Source: Bacillota bacterium
GTDB lineage: Bacteria > Macinerneyibacteriota > Macinerneyibacteria > Macinerneyibacteriales > DSCS01
Assembly (NCBI GenBank): GCA_011048995.1
Contig: DSCS01000029.1
Coordinates: 5,942 to 69,941, forward strand
Reading direction: 5' to 3'
DNA: 64,000 bases
Shown here piece after piece: positions 49,297 to 61,296 of this stretch (position 1 is the first letter of the stretch; each line of letters opens with the position of its first letter). Both the position numbers and the translations under genes were made by a program. The notes beneath the pieces are model-generated. The model was given only the letters and a program-made list of their open reading frames with translations. It searched no databases and was not told the origin of the DNA.

Positions 49297-50397
49297 ATGA
49301 AGCCAGTTATCGCTGTTATTGTCTTTTGTGTTCTGTTGAGCAGCTTGGCCGTCGGGGCTGTTCCGCCTCCGTATCCGGGCCCCAGGGGGACGGAGATGGC
49401 CGGAGAAAATATTTATGTGGTAGTGAAAGGGGATACCCTTTGGGATATTTGTCAGGCCAAATTGCAAAATCCCTGGCTTTGGGTTCAGGTCTGGGAACAA
49501 AACCCGCACATTACCGATCCGAATTGGATTTATCCCGGAGACCGCATTTCTTTAGCTTTAGATGCCCCGGTTCCCGGAACCTATGTCAAACCTGAGAATA
49601 AGGACCTTTATGCTGAAGAGGATTCTGCTATCAAAGAGTTTGTCTTTAAGCAAAAAACGCAGGAGGCGGGAACTCAGGAAAAGCCTACGAAATCATCTAT
49701 TGTCAATGTCGATCCTCTGGAGGGGAAAGACATGGAGGACAAGCTTTTAGGCGGCTTCATCCTTGAGGAAAGCATGAAACCGTTCGGGGCCATCGTCGAA
49801 CTTGAAAAAAAGAAAGACTTTGGCGTGTACGGCGAAGAGGTCTATATCAACAAGGGCAAAAAAGACGATGTCATGCCCGGGGATGTTTTTATCATCTATA
49901 CCGTCGAAGAAAAGGTCAGCCATCCTGTAACCTATAAATCTCTTGGTTCTATGGTCAAACCCCGTGGGGTGATGGAAGCCCGTGAAGTCTATGATGACCT
50001 GACCAAGGGTGTTATCACCTCTCAGCGGGATGCTATCCGTAAAGGCTATTATGTGGGGTACGAATACCCCCGGATCGTCCTGAATCAAAAGAATATCAAG
50101 CCTGATTATAACGGCTATATTGTCTATTTTATGAACGGGACGACCATGGCAGCAAAAGGGAATGTCGTCTATATCGACAGAGGGTTGAAACAGGGCGTCA
50201 AGGCCGGAATGCACTTTGCTGTTATGGGGGAGCCCCGTAAAGTGAAGGATCCCCAGGGAGGTATATCACAACTGCCTGCTGCTATGAAAGGGCGTATCCG
50301 GGTTCTCAACGCCCGGGAAAACGTTTCGACTTGCCTGGTGGTCTCGAGCATGGGAGATGAAGTCATCAAATTAGGAGACAGAATTGAAATTCTCTGA
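49297..50397 (+). CDS. LysM-domain secreted protein.
   Basis: Signal peptide, then the LysM motif YVVVKGDTLWDICQA...WIYPGDRISL. AGGAGG RBS. Confidence 0.65.
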   Translation: MKPVIAVIVFCVLLSSLAVGAVPPPYPGPRGTEMAGENIYVVVKGDTLWDICQAKLQNPWLWVQVWEQNPHITDPNWIYPGDRISLALDAPVPGTYVKPENKDLYAEEDSAIKEFVFKQKTQEAGTQEKPTKSSIVNVDPLEGKDMEDKLLGGFILEESMKPFGAIVELEKKKDFGVYGEEVYINKGKKDDVMPGDVFIIYTVEEKVSHPVTYKSLGSMVKPRGVMEAREVYDDLTKGVITSQRDAIRKGYYVGYEYPRIVLNQKNIKPDYNGYIVYFMNGTTMAAKGNVVYIDRGLKQGVKAGMHFAVMGEPRKVKDPQGGISQLPAAMKGRIRVLNARENVSTCLVVSSMGDEVIKLGDRIEIL

Positions 50398-50400
50398 AAA

Positions 50401-51507
50401 ATGGAGTCCCGTCGCGCCTATTTAACTCTTTCGTTGATCGGGGTTTTTTCTCCCGAAACGGCTCATCGTCTTATAGCGGCTGCAGGAAGTGCAGCCGCTC
50501 TTTTAAAGGCCCCGCTGTCTTTTTTTTCTTCTTTTCCGGGCTTACGGAAGTCTACGATTCATTCTTTTATGAACAAGCGCGAACGGATTCATATTGAAAG
50601 AGAAGTGAGAACTCTTCAGAAGAAAAAGATCGGATGGGTGACGTTTGCTGACCCGGCTTACCCTTCTCCCCTGAGGCATATTCATTCTCCGCCTTTGGTG
50701 ATTTACATTAAGGGGCGTCCTTTGAACATTGATTCCCGTTTTTTGGCTGTGGTGGGGACGAGAAAATGCAGTTTTTACGGGCGCAGGGCTGCAGAAGAGA
50801 TCATCGGCGGGCTTCCGGGCTCTTTCACTGTTGTCAGCGGGCTTGCCGCAGGGATTGACGGATGGGCTCATAAGGTTGCATTAGAGCGCGGACTCTTCAC
50901 AATAGCTGTGTTGGGGACAGGAGTGGATGTCATCTATCCTGCTGTCAACAGGAGGATTTACTTTGATATTGCGGATAAGGGGGCGTTGATCAGTGAGTTC
51001 CCTCCGGGGACAAGACCGCAAAAACACCATTTCCCCTTGAGAAACCGGATTATCAGCGGTTTGTCCCGGGGTGTGCTTGTGGTCGAATCTTCTCTGAAAA
51101 GCGGTTCGCTCATCACCGCATCTTTTGCCCTGGAACAGGGAAAAGACCTCTTCGCTGTTCCGGGTTCGCTTTTCAAGAAGAGCTGCCAGGGGACAAATGC
51201 ATTAATCAAAGAGGGAGCCTTTCCAGTAACGGAAAGTGGTGATATACTTCACCTGTGGGGCATTTCTCCGGAGGAAAAGGAGCAAAAGGACCGTCTTTGC
51301 CTTTCCTTGACACAAGAGGAAAAGTGCGTTATAAATCAGCTGAGCCCCGAGGAGCCCCGGAATATGGAAGAGATTTCCGAAGCTTTGAACGGAGAATTAT
51401 CATTGGGGCGTCTTTCAGCTGCCTTGTTAGGCCTGAAAGTCAAAGGAGCGGTTGCGGAACTTGCCGGCAGACGCTTTGTTCTTACCAAAGAGGGAAAAGA
51501 AGGATGA
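50401..51507 (+). CDS. dprA: DNA-processing protein DprA/Smf.
   Basis: Rossmann-like region LAVVGTRKCSFYGRRAAEE...GLAAGIDGWAH...VLVVESSLKSGSLITA. C-terminal winged-helix-like tail. Confidence 0.8.
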   Translation: MESRRAYLTLSLIGVFSPETAHRLIAAAGSAAALLKAPLSFFSSFPGLRKSTIHSFMNKRERIHIEREVRTLQKKKIGWVTFADPAYPSPLRHIHSPPLVIYIKGRPLNIDSRFLAVVGTRKCSFYGRRAAEEIIGGLPGSFTVVSGLAAGIDGWAHKVALERGLFTIAVLGTGVDVIYPAVNRRIYFDIADKGALISEFPPGTRPQKHHFPLRNRIISGLSRGVLVVESSLKSGSLITASFALEQGKDLFAVPGSLFKKSCQGTNALIKEGAFPVTESGDILHLWGISPEEKEQKDRLCLSLTQEEKCVINQLSPEEPRNMEEISEALNGELSLGRLSAALLGLKVKGAVAELAGRRFVLTKEGKEG

Positions 51508-51929
51508 AAAAAAAAGATAACTTGATCGGAAAACTTGTCGAAGCGCTGACCGGAGAGAAGGCGGACCTTTCACGTGAAAGGCTGGTCCGCTATTTAACGG
51601 AGCGGGGCATGGACAGGGATTCTGTTAATACTTTAGTCAAACGTGTTCAAGAACGCAGCGGGGATGAGGATATTTATCATACGGCTCATGTTTTGGACGG
51701 GGTCCGTCTTTTCAACGCGTTGGAGCGCATGCTTTTCACCGAAGAGGCTCTGGATAAATTGACATTATGCAGATATCTTGGGCTAATTGACGAGAATGAT
51801 GTGGAAGAGACCCTTGATATTGCCCTGGGTATGGATGCCCTTCCCGTTGATGCCGGGATGATCACTAAAATAATCTCATATATTTCAGGAATCGATCTGG
51901 ATACGGATGACCTGAACTTTTACCATTAA
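51504..51929 (+). CDS. smg: Smg-like (DUF494) protein.
   Basis: About 140 aa and acidic. Immediately downstream of dprA with an ATGA overlap, which is the conserved dprA-smg arrangement. The tracked ORF 51255.. is over-extended. Confidence 0.5.
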   Translation: MKKKDNLIGKLVEALTGEKADLSRERLVRYLTERGMDRDSVNTLVKRVQERSGDEDIYHTAHVLDGVRLFNALERMLFTEEALDKLTLCRYLGLIDENDVEETLDIALGMDALPVDAGMITKIISYISGIDLDTDDLNFYH

Positions 51930-52963
51930 GTCTTTTTTCTTCCCAATATTTTTTCACCGATCGCAATAAAGCCGTCAATATCATCGGAAGATGTATCATA
52001 AGCTGTCATCCAGCGGACTTCACATGCCTCTTCATCCCACACGTAAAAAAATGACTCTTTTTGAAAAGGAACAATAGACTCCCGGGGAAGCCTTACAAAG
52101 ACCCCGTTGGTCTCAACCGGCTGGAAAAGTTCTACTCCGGAAAGGGAGAGGGCTTTTTGGGCAAGAACCCGAGCCATGGCATTGGCTTTTTCCGCGTTTT
52201 CAAGCCATAGGCCGTTACTCAAATAGCCAATAAATTGGGCTGCCAGGTAACGCATCTTCGATCCAAGCTGCATTCCCTGTTTTCTTCGGTATTTGAAAGC
52301 AGCCGCATGTTCAGGATTGAAAAAGATGACCGATTCTCCGAACATCATGCCGTTTTTTGTGCCTCCGAAAGAAAGGATATCGACACCGGCGTCTGCGGTC
52401 ATGGATTTCAGAGAGGCCTTCAGGAAAGCTGCAGCATTGGCCAGACGGGCGCCGTCCATGTGAAGGATAAGTCCGTGATGATGCGCAAAATCTGCTAACT
52501 CGCGGATCTCCTCTGTGGTGTAAACCGTGCCAAGTTCTGTCGGCTGGGTTATAGAAATGGCCCGGGGCTGGGCATGATGCTCCACTCCCAGGGCATGAAG
52601 GAAGGGGCGGACTTTCTCTGAAGTCAACTTTCCGTCTACAGAAGGAACGGTAATGAGCTTGGCCCCTGTAAGGTTCTCCAAAGCCCCGCATTCATCGACA
52701 TGAATATGAGCTGTGTCGGGTGCAATGACGCTGTGGTAAGACTCTAAGACAGTGGAGAGGCCCAAGACATTGGCTGCTGTCCCGGTAAAGACAAGAAAGG
52801 GCTGAGATCTCTTTCCAAATGTTTTTCTCAAAAGGGTTTCCGCCTGTTCTGTATAGGGGTCGGCTCCGTACGAAACATAATCCCCACAGTTTGCATCTGT
52901 CATGGCCTGCATGATGAGAGGATGAACAGGTGTGTTGTTATCACTGGCGAAACTCTTTCCCAT
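51926..52963 (-). CDS. ltaE: Low-specificity L-threonine aldolase (beta-eliminating lyase family, PLP-dependent).
   Basis: N-terminal SFASDNNTPVHPLIMQAM. PLP-Lys context FGGTKNG. Confidence 0.75.
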   Translation of the reverse strand: MGKSFASDNNTPVHPLIMQAMTDANCGDYVSYGADPYTEQAETLLRKTFGKRSQPFLVFTGTAANVLGLSTVLESYHSVIAPDTAHIHVDECGALENLTGAKLITVPSVDGKLTSEKVRPFLHALGVEHHAQPRAISITQPTELGTVYTTEEIRELADFAHHHGLILHMDGARLANAAAFLKASLKSMTADAGVDILSFGGTKNGMMFGESVIFFNPEHAAAFKYRRKQGMQLGSKMRYLAAQFIGYLSNGLWLENAEKANAMARVLAQKALSLSGVELFQPVETNGVFVRLPRESIVPFQKESFFYVWDEEACEVRWMTAYDTSSDDIDGFIAIGEKILGRKKT

Positions 52964-53011
52964 ACTGAACCTCCTTGTTTATCGACAGCATAGCCAAAAA
53001 GTGTCGAGTGG

Positions 53012-53905
53012 TCAATCGATGAAGAAAAAAAGTGACACAGCCCCCAAGGCAGTCAAAGACCCGACGACAGCTCTGAGTGTTATTTTTTCCTTGTCAACAA
53101 AGTGTGCAACGGGAATCAGGATCAAGGGGGAGAGAGAGGTCAAGGTCAATGCAACTCCGACATAGATCGTTTTAACGGCATAGAGGGCCAAAAGGACTCC
53201 TAATACAGGCCCGACAAGAGTGCTGGAGGAGACAAACAGGACCGCTCTTTTATCTTGAAAGAATTTAACAAAATCCCGGGAAAAGCGTTTCGTCAAAAGG
53301 GTGAACAGAAAAAAGGCTGTCAATCCGAAAAGAGCCCGGACCAGGTTTGACGTAATAACCGGAAGATTCTGCGCCATTCCCATTTTAGAGAGGACCATCC
53401 CCAAGGCCTGGCCCAATGCTCCCCCCAAGGCAAATAAGAGTCCCTGAATATTATGCGGTTCTTTCCCGCCGCTGCCATTGTCCTTTTTTTCACTGACGAC
53501 CCACCCGATAGCCCCTGCAGCAATAATAATGGCAGCGAGTTCAATGAGAGAAGGATGTTCGTGAAGCATAAAACGGGAAAGAAGAGTTCCGATGACAGGC
53601 CCCAGGCTCATTATCAGCATTGTCAGCCGTGGTCCCAATTGAACGAAGGCTTCAAACAGGAGAATATCCCCTATAAAAAACCCTATCAACCCGGAAAGAC
53701 CCAGATATAGCCAGCCGGTTCCTGAAACAGAAGCGAAATTATTGCCGTAAAGGGCAAGGTTCAAAATAACAAGAAGAGGGAAGGCGATCCACATGCGTAT
53801 GTGTGAGACAGTAAAAGAGCCGATCCGTTTTCCGGCTTTTCCGAAAAAAATGGCATTATATGCCCAACACAATGAGGCTCCCAGTCCTGCTAATTCACCG
53901 AACAT
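53012..53905 (-). CDS. EamA/DMT-superfamily transporter (10 TM helices).
   Basis: 297 aa, two EamA-like halves, hydrophobic throughout. Confidence 0.65.
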   Translation of the reverse strand: MFGELAGLGASLCWAYNAIFFGKAGKRIGSFTVSHIRMWIAFPLLVILNLALYGNNFASVSGTGWLYLGLSGLIGFFIGDILLFEAFVQLGPRLTMLIMSLGPVIGTLLSRFMLHEHPSLIELAAIIIAAGAIGWVVSEKKDNGSGGKEPHNIQGLLFALGGALGQALGMVLSKMGMAQNLPVITSNLVRALFGLTAFFLFTLLTKRFSRDFVKFFQDKRAVLFVSSSTLVGPVLGVLLALYAVKTIYVGVALTLTSLSPLILIPVAHFVDKEKITLRAVVGSLTALGAVSLFFFID

Positions 53906-53934
53906 AATATTATCTCCTCCCTGGGTAAAAGTAA

Positions 53935-57161
<3,227 letters not shown>

Positions 57162-57183
57162 AAGAGGCATCATACTTGTGATA

Positions 57184-57211
57184 TTGACATCATTTCAAAT
57201 TATGGTATAGT
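57184..57211 (+). promoter_or_regulatory. Sigma70 promoter with an extended -10.
   Basis: TTGACA at 57184-57189, a 16-nt spacer, then TGgTATAGT at 57203-57211. It lies 27 nt before the ATG at 57238 and its GGAGAG RBS. Confidence 0.5.
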
Positions 57212-57237
57212 ATAAAGTAAAGAAAAGGAGAGTCGCC

Positions 57238-59235
57238 ATGGATTTCAAAAAGGATATCTACCAGGATCCGGATATCAAGAAATATGTCAAAGTCATCTCT
57301 CGCGACCCTCGGGCTTTTGCCTCCTTAGCCAATGCCCTTCTCAATAAAGGTTATCTTGAGGAAGCTATCGATATTTGTCAAGAGGGCTTAGAAGCAGATC
57401 CTGATTTTATCGCAGGGCGTGCTGTTTTAGGGAAATGTTACGTTAAAGACGGACGTATCGATGAAGCGCGTGAAGAGTTTGAAGCGATTTTAGAACAAAA
57501 TCATGATAATGTCGTGGCTCTTATCGGATTGGGGGAGATCTATTATTCCAGGGAAGAGTATGATGCTGCAAAAGAGATGTATGATAAACTTCTCTTTATA
57601 GATCCGATGAATGAAGAGTTCCAGGAAATGGTTGAAAAGATCAAAGATCTGCAAAGCGGAAGAGTACCCCGTCCTCCCCGGCAAGAGATTCCTGCTTCGG
57701 AATCGCCTGTTCAAAAAGAAGAGGGGAGCGGGGATGTTGATTCTGCAGATATCGATTCAGACATTTCTTTGCAGCCTGAAGCAGAGCCTTCCTCCGATGC
57801 TGTTTCGCCTCCTGCTCCAGAAGGGGTTTATGTCGCCAAAGAATCGGCTTATCAATTATTGCAGCTTCTTGAAGAGACAGCCGCTCAGGCTCGGGATGTT
57901 CTGTCCAGGGGTTTTGATGAAAGCAACCAACCGATCTTCAATATGCTGGCTTCCGGAGTGGATACTTCTCTCATGGAAGAGGCCCGCCGACGTTTCTCCG
58001 CCTATTTGAAACAAGAGGCCGGGGAGGGTGAGATCATCCCCATTGAGCGGGGTGTTTCCCCGCATAAATCTGATGATATCGAGATCGACGGTACTGAGAA
58101 TATCGGTATCGCCAGCAAGCAGGAAGTCAAAATAGATCAAAATGTCGTATCTTATGACAATATCGTCTCTAATGATCAAATTGCCTATCAGGAGTCTGTC
58201 CAGGAAGAGGAGGAGGGCGAAAGGCCTGATTCCGGAGAATCCGAAGCACCGCAGACGACATTGAAAGGGCCGGATGACATCGATATGGAGATGAGACAGG
58301 AGCCGGAGAACGGGGATGAAGCCGATGAGCTGATTCCCGAGAATGACCTGAATGAGATGATTGAAGAAGAGATGGCTTCAGAAGAAATGCCTATCCCGGC
58401 AGAAGAGCCGGAAACCTTAGAGGAAGAGCCGGCGGCTTCGGTGCCCCCCCCCTCCTCCTTTGGCGGAGATCAGGCCCCCGAGGACCAAGTGGAGAACGTG
58501 CCTCTTTCTTCGGACGAAGAGATGCTTGAAGACGAAGAGATCCTGGATGAGACATTGGATGATCTTCAGGAGGAAGCTCTGGAAGAGATTCCCGGAGAGG
58601 GTTTTGCCGAAGAAGAGAACGAAGATATGTCACAGCTCAAAGAGGAAGAGGGATTCCGGGAAGATTCTTATCCCTCTTTGGAGGAAGACCTGAATAATCC
58701 TCAGGACTTAAACAGCCTGATGGCAGAAGCGGAGAAAAGTCTTTCCGGTGATGCTCTGGAAGTAGATGAGGATCTTGATGACGATATTATGAATGAACTG
58801 GAGGAGGAATCCAGGGCTTTGCAGGAAGAAAAGAGCAACGAAGCCTTTTCAGGGGAGTCTTTGGTCCGCCTTGATGAGGAGACGCAGGTCGGGGAAGATG
58901 AAAAGGACCTTTTTGCGGGACATCGGGAAATCGATGTGAACGCCGGCGAACCTGCCGCCGGGGAGATAAATCCCGATCGCTTCAAAGGACGTGAAGAGTT
59001 AGACATGTCCGGTGCCGCTGTTCCTCCCCCTGTGTCGTCTGAGGAAGAGATTTGCCCCGACTCTATCGCGCCTTCGGATTTAGATTTGGGAGAGGAGCCT
59101 CTTCCCGGCTCAAATGTTTCACAGGAGGAGATTTCCATTGACGAAGACCTGAAAGGTAACGATAATGCGGATGAGCTGGTCGACGCTGATGAAGAGACCC
59201 TGGATGATATCGGAAAATGGCTCAGTGATCTATAA
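57238..59235 (+). CDS. TPR-repeat protein with a roughly 500-aa polyacidic low-complexity C-terminal region (665 aa).
   Basis: N-terminal TPRs (AxxLxxxGxxxEAI patterns). From about residue 150 the protein is dominated by E/D/P/S (for example EEEGERPDSGESEAP, DEEMLEDEEILDETLDDLQEEALEE). Confidence 0.65.
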   Translation: MDFKKDIYQDPDIKKYVKVISRDPRAFASLANALLNKGYLEEAIDICQEGLEADPDFIAGRAVLGKCYVKDGRIDEAREEFEAILEQNHDNVVALIGLGEIYYSREEYDAAKEMYDKLLFIDPMNEEFQEMVEKIKDLQSGRVPRPPRQEIPASESPVQKEEGSGDVDSADIDSDISLQPEAEPSSDAVSPPAPEGVYVAKESAYQLLQLLEETAAQARDVLSRGFDESNQPIFNMLASGVDTSLMEEARRRFSAYLKQEAGEGEIIPIERGVSPHKSDDIEIDGTENIGIASKQEVKIDQNVVSYDNIVSNDQIAYQESVQEEEEGERPDSGESEAPQTTLKGPDDIDMEMRQEPENGDEADELIPENDLNEMIEEEMASEEMPIPAEEPETLEEEPAASVPPPSSFGGDQAPEDQVENVPLSSDEEMLEDEEILDETLDDLQEEALEEIPGEGFAEEENEDMSQLKEEEGFREDSYPSLEEDLNNPQDLNSLMAEAEKSLSGDALEVDEDLDDDIMNELEEESRALQEEKSNEAFSGESLVRLDEETQVGEDEKDLFAGHREIDVNAGEPAAGEINPDRFKGREELDMSGAAVPPPVSSEEEICPDSIAPSDLDLGEEPLPGSNVSQEEISIDEDLKGNDNADELVDADEETLDDIGKWLSDL

Positions 59236-59249
59236 TTTGAGGAGTTGGT

Positions 59250-59612
59250 ATGGATTATAAAGTAATGCTTGACGGAACCTTAAAAAAAGTCGAAGGGGCT
59301 CTTATCGTGAGTTTTTGCGGCGTAGACGGTCTGGGAATCGCCAGTTCGACTTATCCTGTCCTCCCTCCTAATTTGGAATTGGGAGATGCGCAAGTGGCGA
59401 CTTTTCTTGTGCATAAACGAGATTCGCTGAAACAGATCGGCATCGAAGGTTTTGTCGAAGATATAACCATTGCCGGACGGTATGTGGTTCTCATCAGAAT
59501 GGTGAGCGAGGACTATTTTGTGAGTATGACCTGTTCACAGGTCGTTAATGTGAAAAAGGCCCGATACTATCTTTATCTCCTGGCCGAACAGCTCAGACAG
59601 GAAATCACATAG
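59250..59612 (+). CDS. Roadblock/LC7-domain (MglB-like) protein.
   Basis: VEGALIVSFCGVDGLGIASS matches the Roadblock G-x-x-G-A-x-L/I-V-x-x-D-G-L-x-I-A pattern. 120 aa. Confidence 0.55.
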   Translation: MDYKVMLDGTLKKVEGALIVSFCGVDGLGIASSTYPVLPPNLELGDAQVATFLVHKRDSLKQIGIEGFVEDITIAGRYVVLIRMVSEDYFVSMTCSQVVNVKKARYYLYLLAEQLRQEIT

Positions 59613-59626
59613 AAAAAGGAGGAATC

Positions 59627-60193
59627 ATGGCCGTGATAGGGATCAATGATTTAAGAAACGGAATGGCGCTGGAACGAGACGGTAAATTGTATTGGGTTGT
59701 GAAAGCGGAGCATGTCAAACCCGGTAAAGGTAATGCCTTTTGCAGAGCCAAATTAAAAGAGGTAGAAACGGGCAAAAGCATGACGGAGACGTTTAAATCT
59801 TCAGACAAACTGAATGAAGTCCGTTTGGAAATGAAAGAATGTCAGTACCTTTACAGCGATGAACATAATTTCTTTTTTATGAATATGGAGACTTTTGAAC
59901 AATTCGGCCTTTCCAATGATTCTCTGGAGGATGAAAAGAAGTTTTTAAAAGAAGACATGATCGTCTATATTCTGATGTATGGAGACAAGCCTGTGGGCAT
60001 AAACCTGCCTAATTTTGTTGAACTTCGGATTGTAGAGACTGAACCGGCAATTAAGGGAGACACTGTTTCCGGGGCTACAAAAACGGCTGTTTTAGAGACC
60101 GGCCATACGATTCAGGTCCCTCTTTTTGTGAACCAGGATGAAGTGATCCGGATAGATACACGAAGCGGAGAGTATTTGGAAAGGGTCAAATAA
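59627..60193 (+). CDS. efp: Elongation factor P.
   Basis: KPGKGNAFCRAKLKEVETGK loop with the conserved Lys in KPGKG. 188 aa. AGGAGG RBS. Confidence 0.9.
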   Translation: MAVIGINDLRNGMALERDGKLYWVVKAEHVKPGKGNAFCRAKLKEVETGKSMTETFKSSDKLNEVRLEMKECQYLYSDEHNFFFMNMETFEQFGLSNDSLEDEKKFLKEDMIVYILMYGDKPVGINLPNFVELRIVETEPAIKGDTVSGATKTAVLETGHTIQVPLFVNQDEVIRIDTRSGEYLERVK

Positions 60194-61287
60194 TGCAGCT
60201 CTTTGATATGTTGCAAAAAATGGTAGAAAATGAGGCTTCCGACCTTCATTTTAAAGTCGGAAGCCCTCCCATGATGCGTTTAGACGGTGTTCTGCAGCCT
60301 GTCGGTGATTTTAAGTTATCCCCGGAGCAGACGTTAGCCATCGCTAAACAATTCATGAACGAGAATCAATTCACCCGTTTTGAGGAAGAGCATGAGCTTG
60401 ACTTTTCTGTAGGGATCCGGGGAATGGGGCGTTTCAGAATCAACTGTTTTATTGCCCGGGGGGCTGTTGCCATAGCTTTAAGGCGGATTTCAACACAGAT
60501 ACTTTCGATAGATGACTTGAATCTTCCGGACAAACTGAAAGATATCGCTCTTCTGCCCCGGGGTATGGTCCTTGTCACGGGAACTACCGGAAGCGGGAAG
60601 TCCACAACGTTGGCAGGAGTCATCGATTTTATCAATTCCATGGAACGAAAACATATTATAACGGTAGAAGACCCTATTGAGTATCTCTTTTCAGACAAAA
60701 AAAGTATTATCAACCAAAGAGAGATCGGGTCAGATACGGAAAGTTTTTCTCAGGCTCTTCGAAGGATTTTAAGGCAGGACCCCGATGTGATCATGATCGG
60801 AGAGATGAGAGATCTGGAAACGATACAAACGGCCATTACGGCAGCTGATACAGGACATCTTGTTATGAGTACCCTGCATACCACAAATGCCATGCAGACG
60901 ATCAACCGGATTATTTCTCATTATCCGCCCCATCAGCACGATCAGATCAGAATCCAGCTGGCTTCGACTCTTCAGGCCATCATTTCTTTGCGCCTGATTC
61001 CCAAAGCCACCGGATTCGGGCGTGTTCCGGCTGTGGAGATCCTGGTCAATACACCTTATATCTCGGAGCTGATCACTGACCAGACCCAGACATTCCTTGT
61101 TGCGGAAGCCATTGAAAAAGGAGAGCAGTACGGAATGCAGAGCTTTGACCAATCGATTATGAAACTCTACAAAAGCGGACTGATCACATTGGAAGAAGCG
61201 TTAAAGCGGTGCAGCAACCCCGATGATTTCAAGCTGAAGATCCAGGGCATAGACTCGTCCAGCGTGTCAGATATGTGGAATATGTAG
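60193..61287 (+). CDS. pilT: PilT-type twitching-motility / type IV pilus retraction ATPase (PilT/PilU family).
   Basis: N-terminal SDLHFKVGSPPMMRLDG. Walker A GTTGSGKSTT. Asp box and Walker B VIMIGEMRD. His box STLHT. 364 aa. ATGA overlap with efp. Confidence 0.85.
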   Translation: MQLFDMLQKMVENEASDLHFKVGSPPMMRLDGVLQPVGDFKLSPEQTLAIAKQFMNENQFTRFEEEHELDFSVGIRGMGRFRINCFIARGAVAIALRRISTQILSIDDLNLPDKLKDIALLPRGMVLVTGTTGSGKSTTLAGVIDFINSMERKHIITVEDPIEYLFSDKKSIINQREIGSDTESFSQALRRILRQDPDVIMIGEMRDLETIQTAITAADTGHLVMSTLHTTNAMQTINRIISHYPPHQHDQIRIQLASTLQAIISLRLIPKATGFGRVPAVEILVNTPYISELITDQTQTFLVAEAIEKGEQYGMQSFDQSIMKLYKSGLITLEEALKRCSNPDDFKLKIQGIDSSSVSDMWNM

Positions 61288-61296
61288 GGGTGAAAA

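Noticed and set aside
51255-51503. Long N-terminal extension of ORF 51255..51929 overlapping the dprA 3' end.
   Set aside because: It is an out-of-frame read-through of the dprA coding region. The real smg-like start is the ATG at 51504, in an ATGA overlap with the dprA stop.
58200-59200. Repetitive GAAGAAGAG / GATGAA-rich DNA; considered as a possible tandem repeat or CRISPR-like array.
   Set aside because: It has no regular repeat-spacer periodicity. It sits in frame within a long ORF encoding a polyacidic low-complexity protein region.
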